Assembly: GCA_963713185.1 (NCBI GenBank)
Contig: CAVQKV010000001.1
Coordinates: forward strand, 419,042 to 483,041
Source: an uncultured Actinomycetes bacterium
GTDB taxonomy: Bacteria > Actinomycetota > UBA4738 > HRBIN12
Direction: 5' to 3'
Length of the DNA stretch: 64,000 bases
Shown: piece after piece, positions 26,763 through 35,126 of the stretch
Layout: each line of letters opens with the position of its first letter
How positions within the stretch are numbered: position 1 is the stretch's first letter
Program-made: the position numbers and the translations under genes
The notes under the pieces: model-generated
The model's database searches: none
The model's input: the letters and a program-made list of their open reading frames with translations, nothing else
What the model was told of the DNA's origin: nothing

Positions 26763-28226
26763 ATGCGTCCGCACCCGATGCCGAGCGCCCGTCTCGCGTC
26801 GGTCACCATCGCGGCGGCCGCCCTGGTCCTGTCCGCCTGCACCGCGGCCGGCTCGCCGCCCGCGGGACGCGCGCGAGCGGACGAGTCCGTCGAGGCGGGG
26901 TTCACGGAGGAGCTCGAGGAGCAGGGCGAGCTCACCGAGCAGCGGCTCGAGGCGCTCGAGGCCGCGACCGCCGCCGGGGCCGTCGGCGTCGTCGAACGCG
27001 TCCGGCGTGACCCCGCCCCCGGATGGGCGGGCGAGCGCCTCGTGAACGAGACCGGCAACGACTGGGAGCCGGCGATCGCCGCGGATCCGAACGCGCCGTT
27101 CGTCTACATCCTCCACAACCGTTACGGCGGGCAGGACGCGTGCGCGAACGGCTGCCCGGACCCGGCGATGATCCTCCACGTCTCCCGGGACGGCGGGAGG
27201 ACCTGGCGTCCCGAGCACTTCCTCTGCCGGTGCAAGGGCGTCAACGGGCAGTACGACCCGCTCATCGAGGTCGTCCCCCAGACCGGAGACGTGGTCGCGG
27301 TGTGGATGAACGGGTTCGAGATCCAGTTCTCGCGTTCGGCCGACCACGGCAGGACATGGTCGGAACCCGTGTTCATCCACCCCGACGTGCGATGGGGTGA
27401 CAAGCCGAACATGGCACTCAGCGCCGACGGGCAGGACGTGTACGTCCAGTTCAACGGGCCGACTGAGGGCGACGCGTACGCGGCCGCGTCGCACGACAGC
27501 GGCGTCACGTGGTCGACGACCCGGCTCACCACGAGCGACCGGTACTACTTCGACTACGGGGGTGCGGTGCTCCCCAGCGGACGCGTGGTGTTCGCGCAGG
27601 CGAGCTTCACGTACGCGGGAGGTCGCGAGGTCGAGGGCGCGCTACAGGTCCACCTGTTCGCATCCGACGACGAGGGTTCGACGTGGTCCGAGCTCTTGGT
27701 CGACGAGCTCAAGGTCGGCAGCGAGTGCACGTCCCGAACGTGCCCCGCCGACTTCTACGACGTCGGTCCCGCGCTCGCCGCCGACGAGGACGGCGACCTG
27801 GTCATCGTCTACAACGGCGCGAGCGCGCCCCTCGGACCCCAGGCCGTGTACGCGCGCTCCTCGCGGGACGGCGGACTCACCTGGAGCGACCGCGTGCAGC
27901 TGTCGAAGGACGGCGTCAACGCCGCGTTCCCCGCGGCCGTCGGCGAGGGCAACGACGGCGCCCGCGTCTGGTTCATGGCGCAACGCAACGCGCGGTGGCA
28001 GGTCTGGTACCGGACGACGACGGACCTGGGCGCCACGTGGAGCCCACGCGAGAAGATCTCGGACGCGACCTCCGGCACCGTCTACAAGCACCCCAACGGG
28101 TTCGACGAGGTCTACGGGGACTACGGCGAGATCGCGATCACCAGCACGGGCGATACGGTCGCGGTCTGGGGAGAGGGCAAGAGCTACTACGGCCCGGGCG
28201 GCGTCTGGTTCAACCGCCAGCGGTAG
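26763..28226 (+). CDS. BNR/Asp-box repeat (sialidase-fold) lipoprotein
   Basis: Real part of ORF 26202..28226. Lipobox LVLSAC. Six Asp-boxes are present: SRDGGRTW, SADHGRTW, SHDSGVTW, SDDEGSTW, SRDGGLTW, TTDLGATW. Confidence 0.85.
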   Translation: MRPHPMPSARLASVTIAAAALVLSACTAAGSPPAGRARADESVEAGFTEELEEQGELTEQRLEALEAATAAGAVGVVERVRRDPAPGWAGERLVNETGNDWEPAIAADPNAPFVYILHNRYGGQDACANGCPDPAMILHVSRDGGRTWRPEHFLCRCKGVNGQYDPLIEVVPQTGDVVAVWMNGFEIQFSRSADHGRTWSEPVFIHPDVRWGDKPNMALSADGQDVYVQFNGPTEGDAYAAASHDSGVTWSTTRLTTSDRYYFDYGGAVLPSGRVVFAQASFTYAGGREVEGALQVHLFASDDEGSTWSELLVDELKVGSECTSRTCPADFYDVGPALAADEDGDLVIVYNGASAPLGPQAVYARSSRDGGLTWSDRVQLSKDGVNAAFPAAVGEGNDGARVWFMAQRNARWQVWYRTTTDLGATWSPREKISDATSGTVYKHPNGFDEVYGDYGEIAITSTGDTVAVWGEGKSYYGPGGVWFNRQR

Positions 28227-29417
28227 CTAGCGGTCGACGTCGCCCACCACGAAGAAGATCGAACCGAGGAGCGCGATCAGGTCCGGGACGAGCGTCCCCG
28301 GCAGCATCGCCGGCAGGACCGAGATGTTCGAGAACGACGGGGTCCGCATCTTCAGCCGGTAGGGCTCCTTCTTCCCGTTCCCCACCACGTAGTAGCCCAT
28401 CAGGCCGAGCGGGTTCTCGGTCCGCACGTACGTCTCACCCTGGAGCGAGAGCTTCTTCGGGAGCTTGCCGGCGACGTACTCGCCGGCAGGCAGCCTCTCC
28501 ATGCACTGCTCGATGATCCTGCACGATTCGTGCATCCGCTGGACCAGGACCCAGAGCCGGTCGTAGGAGTCGCCGTTGCGGCCGACCGGGACGTCGAACT
28601 CGACCTCGTCGTACTTCGCGTACGGCTCGTCCTTCCTCGGATCCATCGGCACGCCGCTCGCGTGGAGCGTCGGGCCGGACGTGCCGTAGGCGATCGCGGT
28701 CTCGGGCGGGATGACGCCGATGCCCTTGGTGCGCGCGAAGATGATCTCGTTACCCATCACGAGGTTGTCGAAGTCCTTCAGCTTGACGCGGACCTGCCGC
28801 AGCACGTCCGCCGACTGCTTCAGCCACCCCCGCGGCAGATCGTCCTTCAGGCCGCCGGCGCGGACGAAGGAGAAGTGCATCCGGGCACCCGTCGCGGCTT
28901 CCATCAGTCCCTGGATCAGCTCACGCTCGATGAACGCGTAGAAGATCGGCGTCATCGCCCCGAGCTCGAGCGGATACGACCCCATGAACATCAGATGGTT
29001 CAGCACGCGGTTCCACTCCGCGAGCATCGTCCGGATCCACTGCGCGCGTTCGGGGACCTCGATGCCTGCGAGCCGCTCGATCGCGATGATCCAGCCGAGC
29101 TCGTTGTTGAACGCCGAGAGCCAGTCGTGGCGGTTCATCAGGACCAGGACCTGACGCGCGTCGCGGTACTCGGCGAGCTTCTCCGCCCCGCGGTGCATGT
29201 AGCCGATCACCGGCTCCGCGCGGGTGATGACCTCCCCGTCGAGCTCGAGCACGATCCGGAGCACGCCGTGGGTCGACGGGTGCTGCGGCCCGATGTTGAG
29301 GACCATCTCCTGCGTGCCGAGCGTCCCCGACGGAACGATCTCGATATCGACGCCGCCGCCGCGGACCATCCAGTTCTCCGCGGCGGCGGTGAAGGCGGTG
29401 CGTTCCTCGGTATCCAC
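28227..29417 (-). CDS. nuoD: NuoD-like protein (NADH-quinone oxidoreductase 49-kDa subunit homolog), orphan copy
   Basis: ORF 28227..29546, trimmed to GTG 29417 (RBS AGGATGG). Motifs: MVLNIGPQHPSTHGVLRIVLELDGE...GYMHRGAEKL...LGSIFFVVGDVDR. No other nuo genes flank it. Confidence 0.85.
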   Translation of the reverse strand: MDTEERTAFTAAAENWMVRGGGVDIEIVPSGTLGTQEMVLNIGPQHPSTHGVLRIVLELDGEVITRAEPVIGYMHRGAEKLAEYRDARQVLVLMNRHDWLSAFNNELGWIIAIERLAGIEVPERAQWIRTMLAEWNRVLNHLMFMGSYPLELGAMTPIFYAFIERELIQGLMEAATGARMHFSFVRAGGLKDDLPRGWLKQSADVLRQVRVKLKDFDNLVMGNEIIFARTKGIGVIPPETAIAYGTSGPTLHASGVPMDPRKDEPYAKYDEVEFDVPVGRNGDSYDRLWVLVQRMHESCRIIEQCMERLPAGEYVAGKLPKKLSLQGETYVRTENPLGLMGYYVVGNGKKEPYRLKMRTPSFSNISVLPAMLPGTLVPDLIALLGSIFFVVGDVDR

Positions 29418-29497
29418 CGACGACCATCCTGCCACGGACGGCCCACAGCGACCAACCCGGAGCGGCCGGCACGGCCGGTAGTAGTCTGACCGGCACC

Positions 29498-30910
29498 ATG
29501 GCCCGCGCCGAACGCGACCGCTCGGGGACCGCCGGGCCCGAACCACGTCGACGGATCCCGTCGGTTGACGCGCTCCTGCGCTCGGACCCGGGCAAGCGCG
29601 CGAGCGGCACGTTCGGCCGGCCGCTCGTCAAGCACTCGCTGACCGTCACGCTGGAGCAGGTCCGAGAGGCCACCGGGCGCGGTACCGAACCCCCCGACGA
29701 CGACGAGATCCTGGCGCGCGCGATCGCCCTCGCGTCCGACACCGCCGTCGGCCTCGTGCGCGTGATCAACGCGACCGGCGTCGTGCTCCACACCGGTCTC
29801 GGTCGCGCGCCGCTCCCGAACCGGGCGGCCGACGCGGCGGCCCGTGCCGCCCAGGGCTACGTCGACCTCGAGATCGACCGGGGATCCGGGGGCCGGGGCC
29901 GGCGTTCGTCGCGCGCCGAGCACCTGCTCATGTCCCTGACCGGCGCCGAGGACGCGCTGGTCGTGAACAACGGCGCCGCGGCCCTCCTGCTCGCGCTCGC
30001 CTCGCTCGCGCGCGGCAAGGGCGTCCTCGTCTCGCGCGGGGAGCTGATCGAGATCGGGGGCGAGTTCCGCATCCCCGACATCCTGGCGGCCTCGGGCGCG
30101 CGCCTGGTCGAGGTGGGCACCACGAACCGGACGCGGCTGACCGACTACCGTTCGGCGCTGTCGGAGAAGACGGCCCTGATCCTGAAGGTGCATCCGAGCA
30201 ACTACCGCGTCGTGGGGTTCGCGTCCACGCCGGCCGCCAAGGATCTCGCGGCGCTCGCGCGTCGCGCGAAGGTCCCGTTCGTGTACGACCTGGGATCGGG
30301 CTTGCTCGATCACGTTCCGGGGGCGATGGCGGACGAACCGAACGCTTCGACCGCGCTCGCGGACGGGGCCGACCTCGTCGTGTTCTCCGGGGACAAGCTC
30401 CTCGGCGGCCCGCAGGCGGGCATCGTGTTGGGCCGAGCCGAACCCGTCGAACGCCTGCGGCGTCATCCGATCGCGCGCGCGGTCCGGGTGGACAAGATGC
30501 AGGTGGCCGCGCTCGAGGCCGTCCTCGCGCAGCACGCGCACGGCCACGGCCTCGACCTGCCCGTGTGGAAGATGCTCCGCGAGCCGCCCGCCGACGTTCG
30601 CCGCCGCGCGGACGCGCTCGCGATGGCGCTCGACGGCGAGCTCGAGGGCGCGCACGTGGTTCCGTGCGAGTCGGTGGTGGGCGGCGGAGCACTGCCCGGC
30701 GCGGGCATCTCGTCGTTCGGCGTCGAGGTGCGGGTGCCCGAACCGAACGCCATGGCGGCCCGCCTTCGTACCGGCTCGCCGTCGGTGTTCTGTCGGGTCA
30801 CCGAGCGGGGCGTCCTCTTGGACCTGCGGACGGTCCCGCACGACGCGGTCCCCGACCTCGTCCGGGCGGTCCGGTACGCGCTCGAGGGCGACGACCTGCC
30901 CGATGACTGA
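29498..30910 (+). CDS. selA: L-seryl-tRNA(Sec) selenium transferase
   Basis: Motifs: IPSVDALL...VINATGVVLHTGLGRAPL...LIEIGGEFRIPD...FSGDKLLGGPQAGI (PLP lysine context). Confidence 0.9.
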   Translation: MARAERDRSGTAGPEPRRRIPSVDALLRSDPGKRASGTFGRPLVKHSLTVTLEQVREATGRGTEPPDDDEILARAIALASDTAVGLVRVINATGVVLHTGLGRAPLPNRAADAAARAAQGYVDLEIDRGSGGRGRRSSRAEHLLMSLTGAEDALVVNNGAAALLLALASLARGKGVLVSRGELIEIGGEFRIPDILAASGARLVEVGTTNRTRLTDYRSALSEKTALILKVHPSNYRVVGFASTPAAKDLAALARRAKVPFVYDLGSGLLDHVPGAMADEPNASTALADGADLVVFSGDKLLGGPQAGIVLGRAEPVERLRRHPIARAVRVDKMQVAALEAVLAQHAHGHGLDLPVWKMLREPPADVRRRADALAMALDGELEGAHVVPCESVVGGGALPGAGISSFGVEVRVPEPNAMAARLRTGSPSVFCRVTERGVLLDLRTVPHDAVPDLVRAVRYALEGDDLPDD

Positions 30911-32846
30911 TCGCTCGGACGCCTCGGCGTCCGATGGAACGTCGCTGCCCCGCCGGGACCTCCGCGACGACGGGTTCGCGGTCGTCGCGACCGCGGGCCA
31001 CGTGGATCACGGCAAGTCGAGCCTGGTGCAGCGTCTCACCGGCACCGATCCCGACCGCCTGGGTGAGGAGAAGCGCCGGGGGCTCACGATCGAGCTCGGC
31101 TACGCCTGGTGCACGCTCCCATCCGGCCGGGAGCTCGGGTTCGTGGACGTCCCGGGCCACGAACGCTTCGTTCGGACGATGCTCGCGGGCGTCGGTCCGG
31201 TCCGGCTCGTGCTGTTCGTGGTCGCGGCCGACGAGGGGTGGAAGCCGCAATCCGAGGAGCATCTGGAGATCGTCGACGTCCTCGGCGTGCACGGCGCGGT
31301 CATCGCGCTCACCAAGCGGGACCTCGTCGACCCGGACGGCCTCGCCCGCACGCGCGCGGACGTGATCGATCGCGTGGCCGGAACCGCGCTCGAGGGCGCT
31401 CGCTTGATCGCCTGCTCCTCGTCGACCGGCGAGGGCCTCGACGACCTGGTGACCGCGCTCGACGCGATGCTCGCCGCCGCCCCCGAGCCCGAGCGCGACC
31501 GGCGCCCCCGCCTGTTCGTCGACCGGGTGTTCACGATCAGGGGTTCGGGGACGGTCGTCACCGGGACGCTGACCGGCGGGCCGCTCGCGATCGCCGACGA
31601 CGTCGAGGTCCTCCCCTCCGCGACACGGGCGCGGATCCGCGGCCTCCAGACGCACCATCGCGACGTCGAGGTCGCGCGCCCCGTTTCCCGCGTGGCGGTA
31701 AACCTGAGCGCGGACCGCGGGCGGATCGCCCGCGGCGAGGTCCTGACGCGGCCCGGGACCTGGCTCGCCACCGACGTCGTCGAGGCACGTGTCGAGCCCG
31801 TCCGGTCGCTCGACCGAGGCCTCACGTCGCGCGGCGCGTTCAAGCTGCACGCGGGGGCCGCCGAGCGCGACGCGCGGATCCGCCTGTACGACGTGCGGCA
31901 GGTGCCGACGGAGGGCGCGTTCGCGCGGATCACGCTTTCGGGACCGCTCGTCCTGGACGTCGGCGACCGGTTCGTCCTGCGCGAGTCCGGCCGGCGCGAG
32001 ACGGTGGCCGGCGGGACCGTGCTCGAAACCGCCCCGCCGCGTCGCGCGGGGCCCGATCCGGCGGTTCGGCTCGCCGCGCGGGCGCGAGCGTCGCGCGCCG
32101 AGCTCCCATCGCTCCTGGTCGCCGAACGCCGGGCCGTCCGTGCCGCCGACCTAACGGCGATCCTGGGGGTGTTGCCGGCCGACCTCGACGGCGCCCTCCG
32201 GCTGGGCGCGTGGTGGATCGCCCGAGACGTGCTGGAGGACGTCGGGTCGACGCTCGGAGACCGGCTGGCGGGCTTCCACGCCCAGGAGCCTGGCGCCCCC
32301 GGGCTGGACCTCGACGCGGTCCGTCGCTGGGTCGCGACGGCGTTGGCCGCCGCCGGTGCGCCTCCGGACGCCGAGCTCGCGGACGTCGTCCTCGAGCGGC
32401 TCGGGAGGGAGGGTCGGCTCGTCCGGGACGGCGCCGTCGTGCGTCTGGAGAGTCATCGCGCGGACGTGGGAGAGGAAGGGCGGCGGCTCGTGGAAGCCGT
32501 CCGGAGCGGGGAGCCGACGCCGCCCTCGATCGCCCAGCTCCGCGTGTCCGGGTTCGCCGACACGTTGATCGATGGCGCGGTGCGCTCGGGCGGCCTCGTC
32601 CGGATCTCGCCGGACCTCGTCCTCACCCGGGAGCTCGTGGAACGGGCGGAGGCGATCGTCCGCGAGAGCGGCGAGGACGGCATCACCGTGAGCGCGCTCC
32701 GGGAGCGGCTCGGGACGTCGAGGAAATACGCGGTGCCGCTGCTCGAGCATCTCGATCGCACCGGCGTCACCCGGCGGTCGGGCGACCTGCGGTTCGCGCG
32801 CGGGACGCCTCGCGGCGAGACGTCCTCGTCGGCTCAGCCGACCTGA
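30903..32846 (+). CDS. selB: Selenocysteine-specific translation elongation factor
   Basis: Overlaps the selA stop by 8 nt. G-domain TAGHVDHGKSSL, DVPGHERF, TKRD; beta-barrel domains; C-terminal winged helices (...SRKYAVPLLEHLDRTGVTRR). Confidence 0.9.
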   Translation: MTDRSDASASDGTSLPRRDLRDDGFAVVATAGHVDHGKSSLVQRLTGTDPDRLGEEKRRGLTIELGYAWCTLPSGRELGFVDVPGHERFVRTMLAGVGPVRLVLFVVAADEGWKPQSEEHLEIVDVLGVHGAVIALTKRDLVDPDGLARTRADVIDRVAGTALEGARLIACSSSTGEGLDDLVTALDAMLAAAPEPERDRRPRLFVDRVFTIRGSGTVVTGTLTGGPLAIADDVEVLPSATRARIRGLQTHHRDVEVARPVSRVAVNLSADRGRIARGEVLTRPGTWLATDVVEARVEPVRSLDRGLTSRGAFKLHAGAAERDARIRLYDVRQVPTEGAFARITLSGPLVLDVGDRFVLRESGRRETVAGGTVLETAPPRRAGPDPAVRLAARARASRAELPSLLVAERRAVRAADLTAILGVLPADLDGALRLGAWWIARDVLEDVGSTLGDRLAGFHAQEPGAPGLDLDAVRRWVATALAAAGAPPDAELADVVLERLGREGRLVRDGAVVRLESHRADVGEEGRRLVEAVRSGEPTPPSIAQLRVSGFADTLIDGAVRSGGLVRISPDLVLTRELVERAEAIVRESGEDGITVSALRERLGTSRKYAVPLLEHLDRTGVTRRSGDLRFARGTPRGETSSSAQPT

Positions 32847-33289
32847 ACGAGCAGGGCCACCTCGACGGCCGCGCCGAGCGGCAGATCCGGAACGCCCACC
32901 GCGGCCCGAGCGTGCCGGCCCCGGTCGCCGAACACCTCGACCAGCAGGTCGCTCGCGCCGTTCGCCACCGTAGGATGGTCGGTGAACCCGGGCGCGGTCG
33001 CCACGAACACCTCGAGCTTCACGATGCCGGCGACGCGATCGAGCGTCCCGAGCGCCGCTCGGAGGGCCGCGAGCGCCTGGATCGCGCACCGGCGTGCTCC
33101 CGCGTTCGCCTCCTCCGTCGTCACGTCCCCGCCGACCGTCCCGGACAGGGTGACCGCGCCGTCCTGCATCGGGATCTGCCCGGCGACCCACGCCAGATCG
33201 CCGACCACCTTGACGGGAACGTACGACGCGACTGGCGGGGGGGCCGGGGGGAGCTCGATGCCGAGCTCGGCGAGCCGTTCCTCGATCAC
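32834..33289 (-). CDS. RidA/YjgF family protein
   Basis: Motifs: YVPVKVVGDLAWVAGQIP...VKLEVFV...ARAAVGVPDLPLGAAVEV. Confidence 0.85.
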   Translation of the reverse strand: MIEERLAELGIELPPAPPPVASYVPVKVVGDLAWVAGQIPMQDGAVTLSGTVGGDVTTEEANAGARRCAIQALAALRAALGTLDRVAGIVKLEVFVATAPGFTDHPTVANGASDLLVEVFGDRGRHARAAVGVPDLPLGAAVEVALLVQVG

Positions 33290-33358
33290 GGGAGCCTCCT
33301 CGTTCGGTGGGCGACGATCGACCGAAGAGATGCTGCCAGATGCGGCTCGAGGAGGTCC

Positions 33359-33643
33359 CTAGCCGGCCTGAAGGGCCCGCCTGCGGAGCAGCTGACGCCG
33401 CTCGTACTCGTTCAGGCCGCCCCAGATGCCGTGCGGCTCCCTGATGCGTAGGGCGTACTCCAGGCACGGCTGGAGGACGGCGCACCCCGAGCAGATCGCC
33501 TTGGCCTTGACCTCGCGCGCGGCCTTCTCCTCACGTTTCTCGAAGTAGCTGGGCGCGAAGAACAGGGTCGAATCCTCCCCCCGGCAGGCCCCGTCGAACT
33601 GCCATCCCCAGGTCCATCCCGCACGCATCCGGTCGACCACCAC
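33359..33643 (-). CDS. whiB: WhiB-family Fe-S transcriptional regulator
   Basis: Four Cys (C-x29-C-x2-C-x5-C): GACRGED...AKAICSGCAVLQPCLEYAL...GIWGGL. It sits in the position occupied by whiB4 next to ponA2 in M. tuberculosis. Confidence 0.9.
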   Translation of the reverse strand: MVVDRMRAGWTWGWQFDGACRGEDSTLFFAPSYFEKREEKAAREVKAKAICSGCAVLQPCLEYALRIREPHGIWGGLNEYERRQLLRRRALQAG

Positions 33644-33761
33644 GGTCGTTCTCCTCTCGAGGTCGTTCGATAGGTCTTTCGTAACTGAACGCCACGGGGA
33701 TTCCGGCGGTTGCGCGCGCGGTGGATCGGCAGGGAAATCGCCACAGGTCCGCCAGCGGCTC

Positions 33762-35090
33762 TCAGGCCTCGGGGGCGAGGTCCGGGCCCGTGCCCGGCGG
33801 TTCCCGCTCGACGCGCAGGATCAGCCCGTCGACCCCCCGGACGCGCACCCGGCTCCCCGCGGGGATCGACCCGTCCGAGCTCCGCCCGCGCCACAGCGCG
33901 CCCTTCACGAAGACCGGACCCTCGGGCTTGAGCTCGCCCCGGGCCTCCCCCACCAGGCCGACCAAGCCGCGCTGGGTCGAGGTGAGCCGTTCGCGCGACT
34001 GGACCGCGACCGTGAGGCCGAACCCCCAGTACAGGAGGGCCGCCACGGAGAACGCCCCGACCAGCCAGGGCGAGACGTCGACCTCCTCGGACACCCCGCC
34101 GAAGATCAGGATCGAGCCCCAGACGAACCCGATCATCCCGATGAGCGTGAGGGGGCCGAGCCTGCGCAGCCGGACGTCCAGCGTGAGCAGGCCGATCCCA
34201 GTCAGGAGCAGCGAGAGGCCGAGCGGGGAGAAGGGCACCACCGCGAGCCCGTAGACGGCGAGCCCCAACATCCCGACCCCGCTGAACCCAGCGAAGCCGA
34301 ACCCCGGCTGCGTGGCCTCGAAGGCGAGCGCGGCGAGCCCGAGCACCAGCAAGACGTAGATCCAGGTCGGCGACGCGGCGGCGTGCAGCACGCGATCGAC
34401 CGGGCCGAGCTCGGTGAACCGCACCGAGACCCGCGGCTCCGCCGCCGAGGTCGCGATCTTCGTCTGCAGCGTCACCTCGCCGTCGGCCGTCCCGACCGTC
34501 GTGCCGTCCACCTGTCGGAGCAGGTCGGTGATCGAGACGGCCGCGACGCTCGCGATGTTGCCGTCGAGCGCGGCTCGCGCCGGCACCGGGCGGTCGGGGA
34601 ACGACACCGGGGTCGGGCGGTCCCGCTCCACGACCCACCCGGTCGCGAGCTCCTCCACCGCGGTCTCAGACATCGCGGGCTCGCCGCCCGCGAGATCGAG
34701 CGGTTCGAGCGGACCGACGCCCGCTCCGGGAGCGACGGCGCCGAGGCTCGCCGCGTACAGGAACAGCAGGCCGGCACCCGCGGCCTTGGCCGGGGCGGGT
34801 CCCACCCACACGATCACCGGCACGCGGGCGTCGTGGATCCGCTCGGCGAGCCACACGGGGTCCTCGTCGAGGGTCCCGGCGCCGTCGAGCTGCAGGACCA
34901 GCGTCGAGCCCGAGCGCTCGGCCTCATCGATCGAATCGAGGAGGTAGGAGCCGAGGGTCCGGTCGATCGAGCCGTCGACCTTGGCGACCAGCACCGAAGG
35001 CGAGGACCGCGCGCCGGCGGCGTTCGGAACCATGCACAGCAGGGCGCTGAACAGCAGGAACGGGACGACGCGGCGCATGGGCGGGCCCAT
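33762..35090 (-). CDS. NfeD-family membrane protein (ClpP-class protease domain + TM + OB)
   Basis: Signal peptide, a periplasmic ClpP-like part, multi-TM region, and a C-terminal GEARGELKPEGPVFVKGALWRG...VRVRGVDGLILRVE. Confidence 0.8.
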   Translation of the reverse strand: MGPPMRRVVPFLLFSALLCMVPNAAGARSSPSVLVAKVDGSIDRTLGSYLLDSIDEAERSGSTLVLQLDGAGTLDEDPVWLAERIHDARVPVIVWVGPAPAKAAGAGLLFLYAASLGAVAPGAGVGPLEPLDLAGGEPAMSETAVEELATGWVVERDRPTPVSFPDRPVPARAALDGNIASVAAVSITDLLRQVDGTTVGTADGEVTLQTKIATSAAEPRVSVRFTELGPVDRVLHAAASPTWIYVLLVLGLAALAFEATQPGFGFAGFSGVGMLGLAVYGLAVVPFSPLGLSLLLTGIGLLTLDVRLRRLGPLTLIGMIGFVWGSILIFGGVSEEVDVSPWLVGAFSVAALLYWGFGLTVAVQSRERLTSTQRGLVGLVGEARGELKPEGPVFVKGALWRGRSSDGSIPAGSRVRVRGVDGLILRVEREPPGTGPDLAPEA

Positions 35091-35126
35091 CGTACCCGCG
35101 CCGGCGGGCTATCCTTTGGGCCCCAC

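Noticed and set aside
29418-29497. tRNA-Sec (selC) in the spacer next to selA, or after selB.
   Set aside because: The 80-nt spacer has no acceptor/T-arm pairing and no UCA anticodon loop. The region after selB is occupied by the convergent RidA gene.
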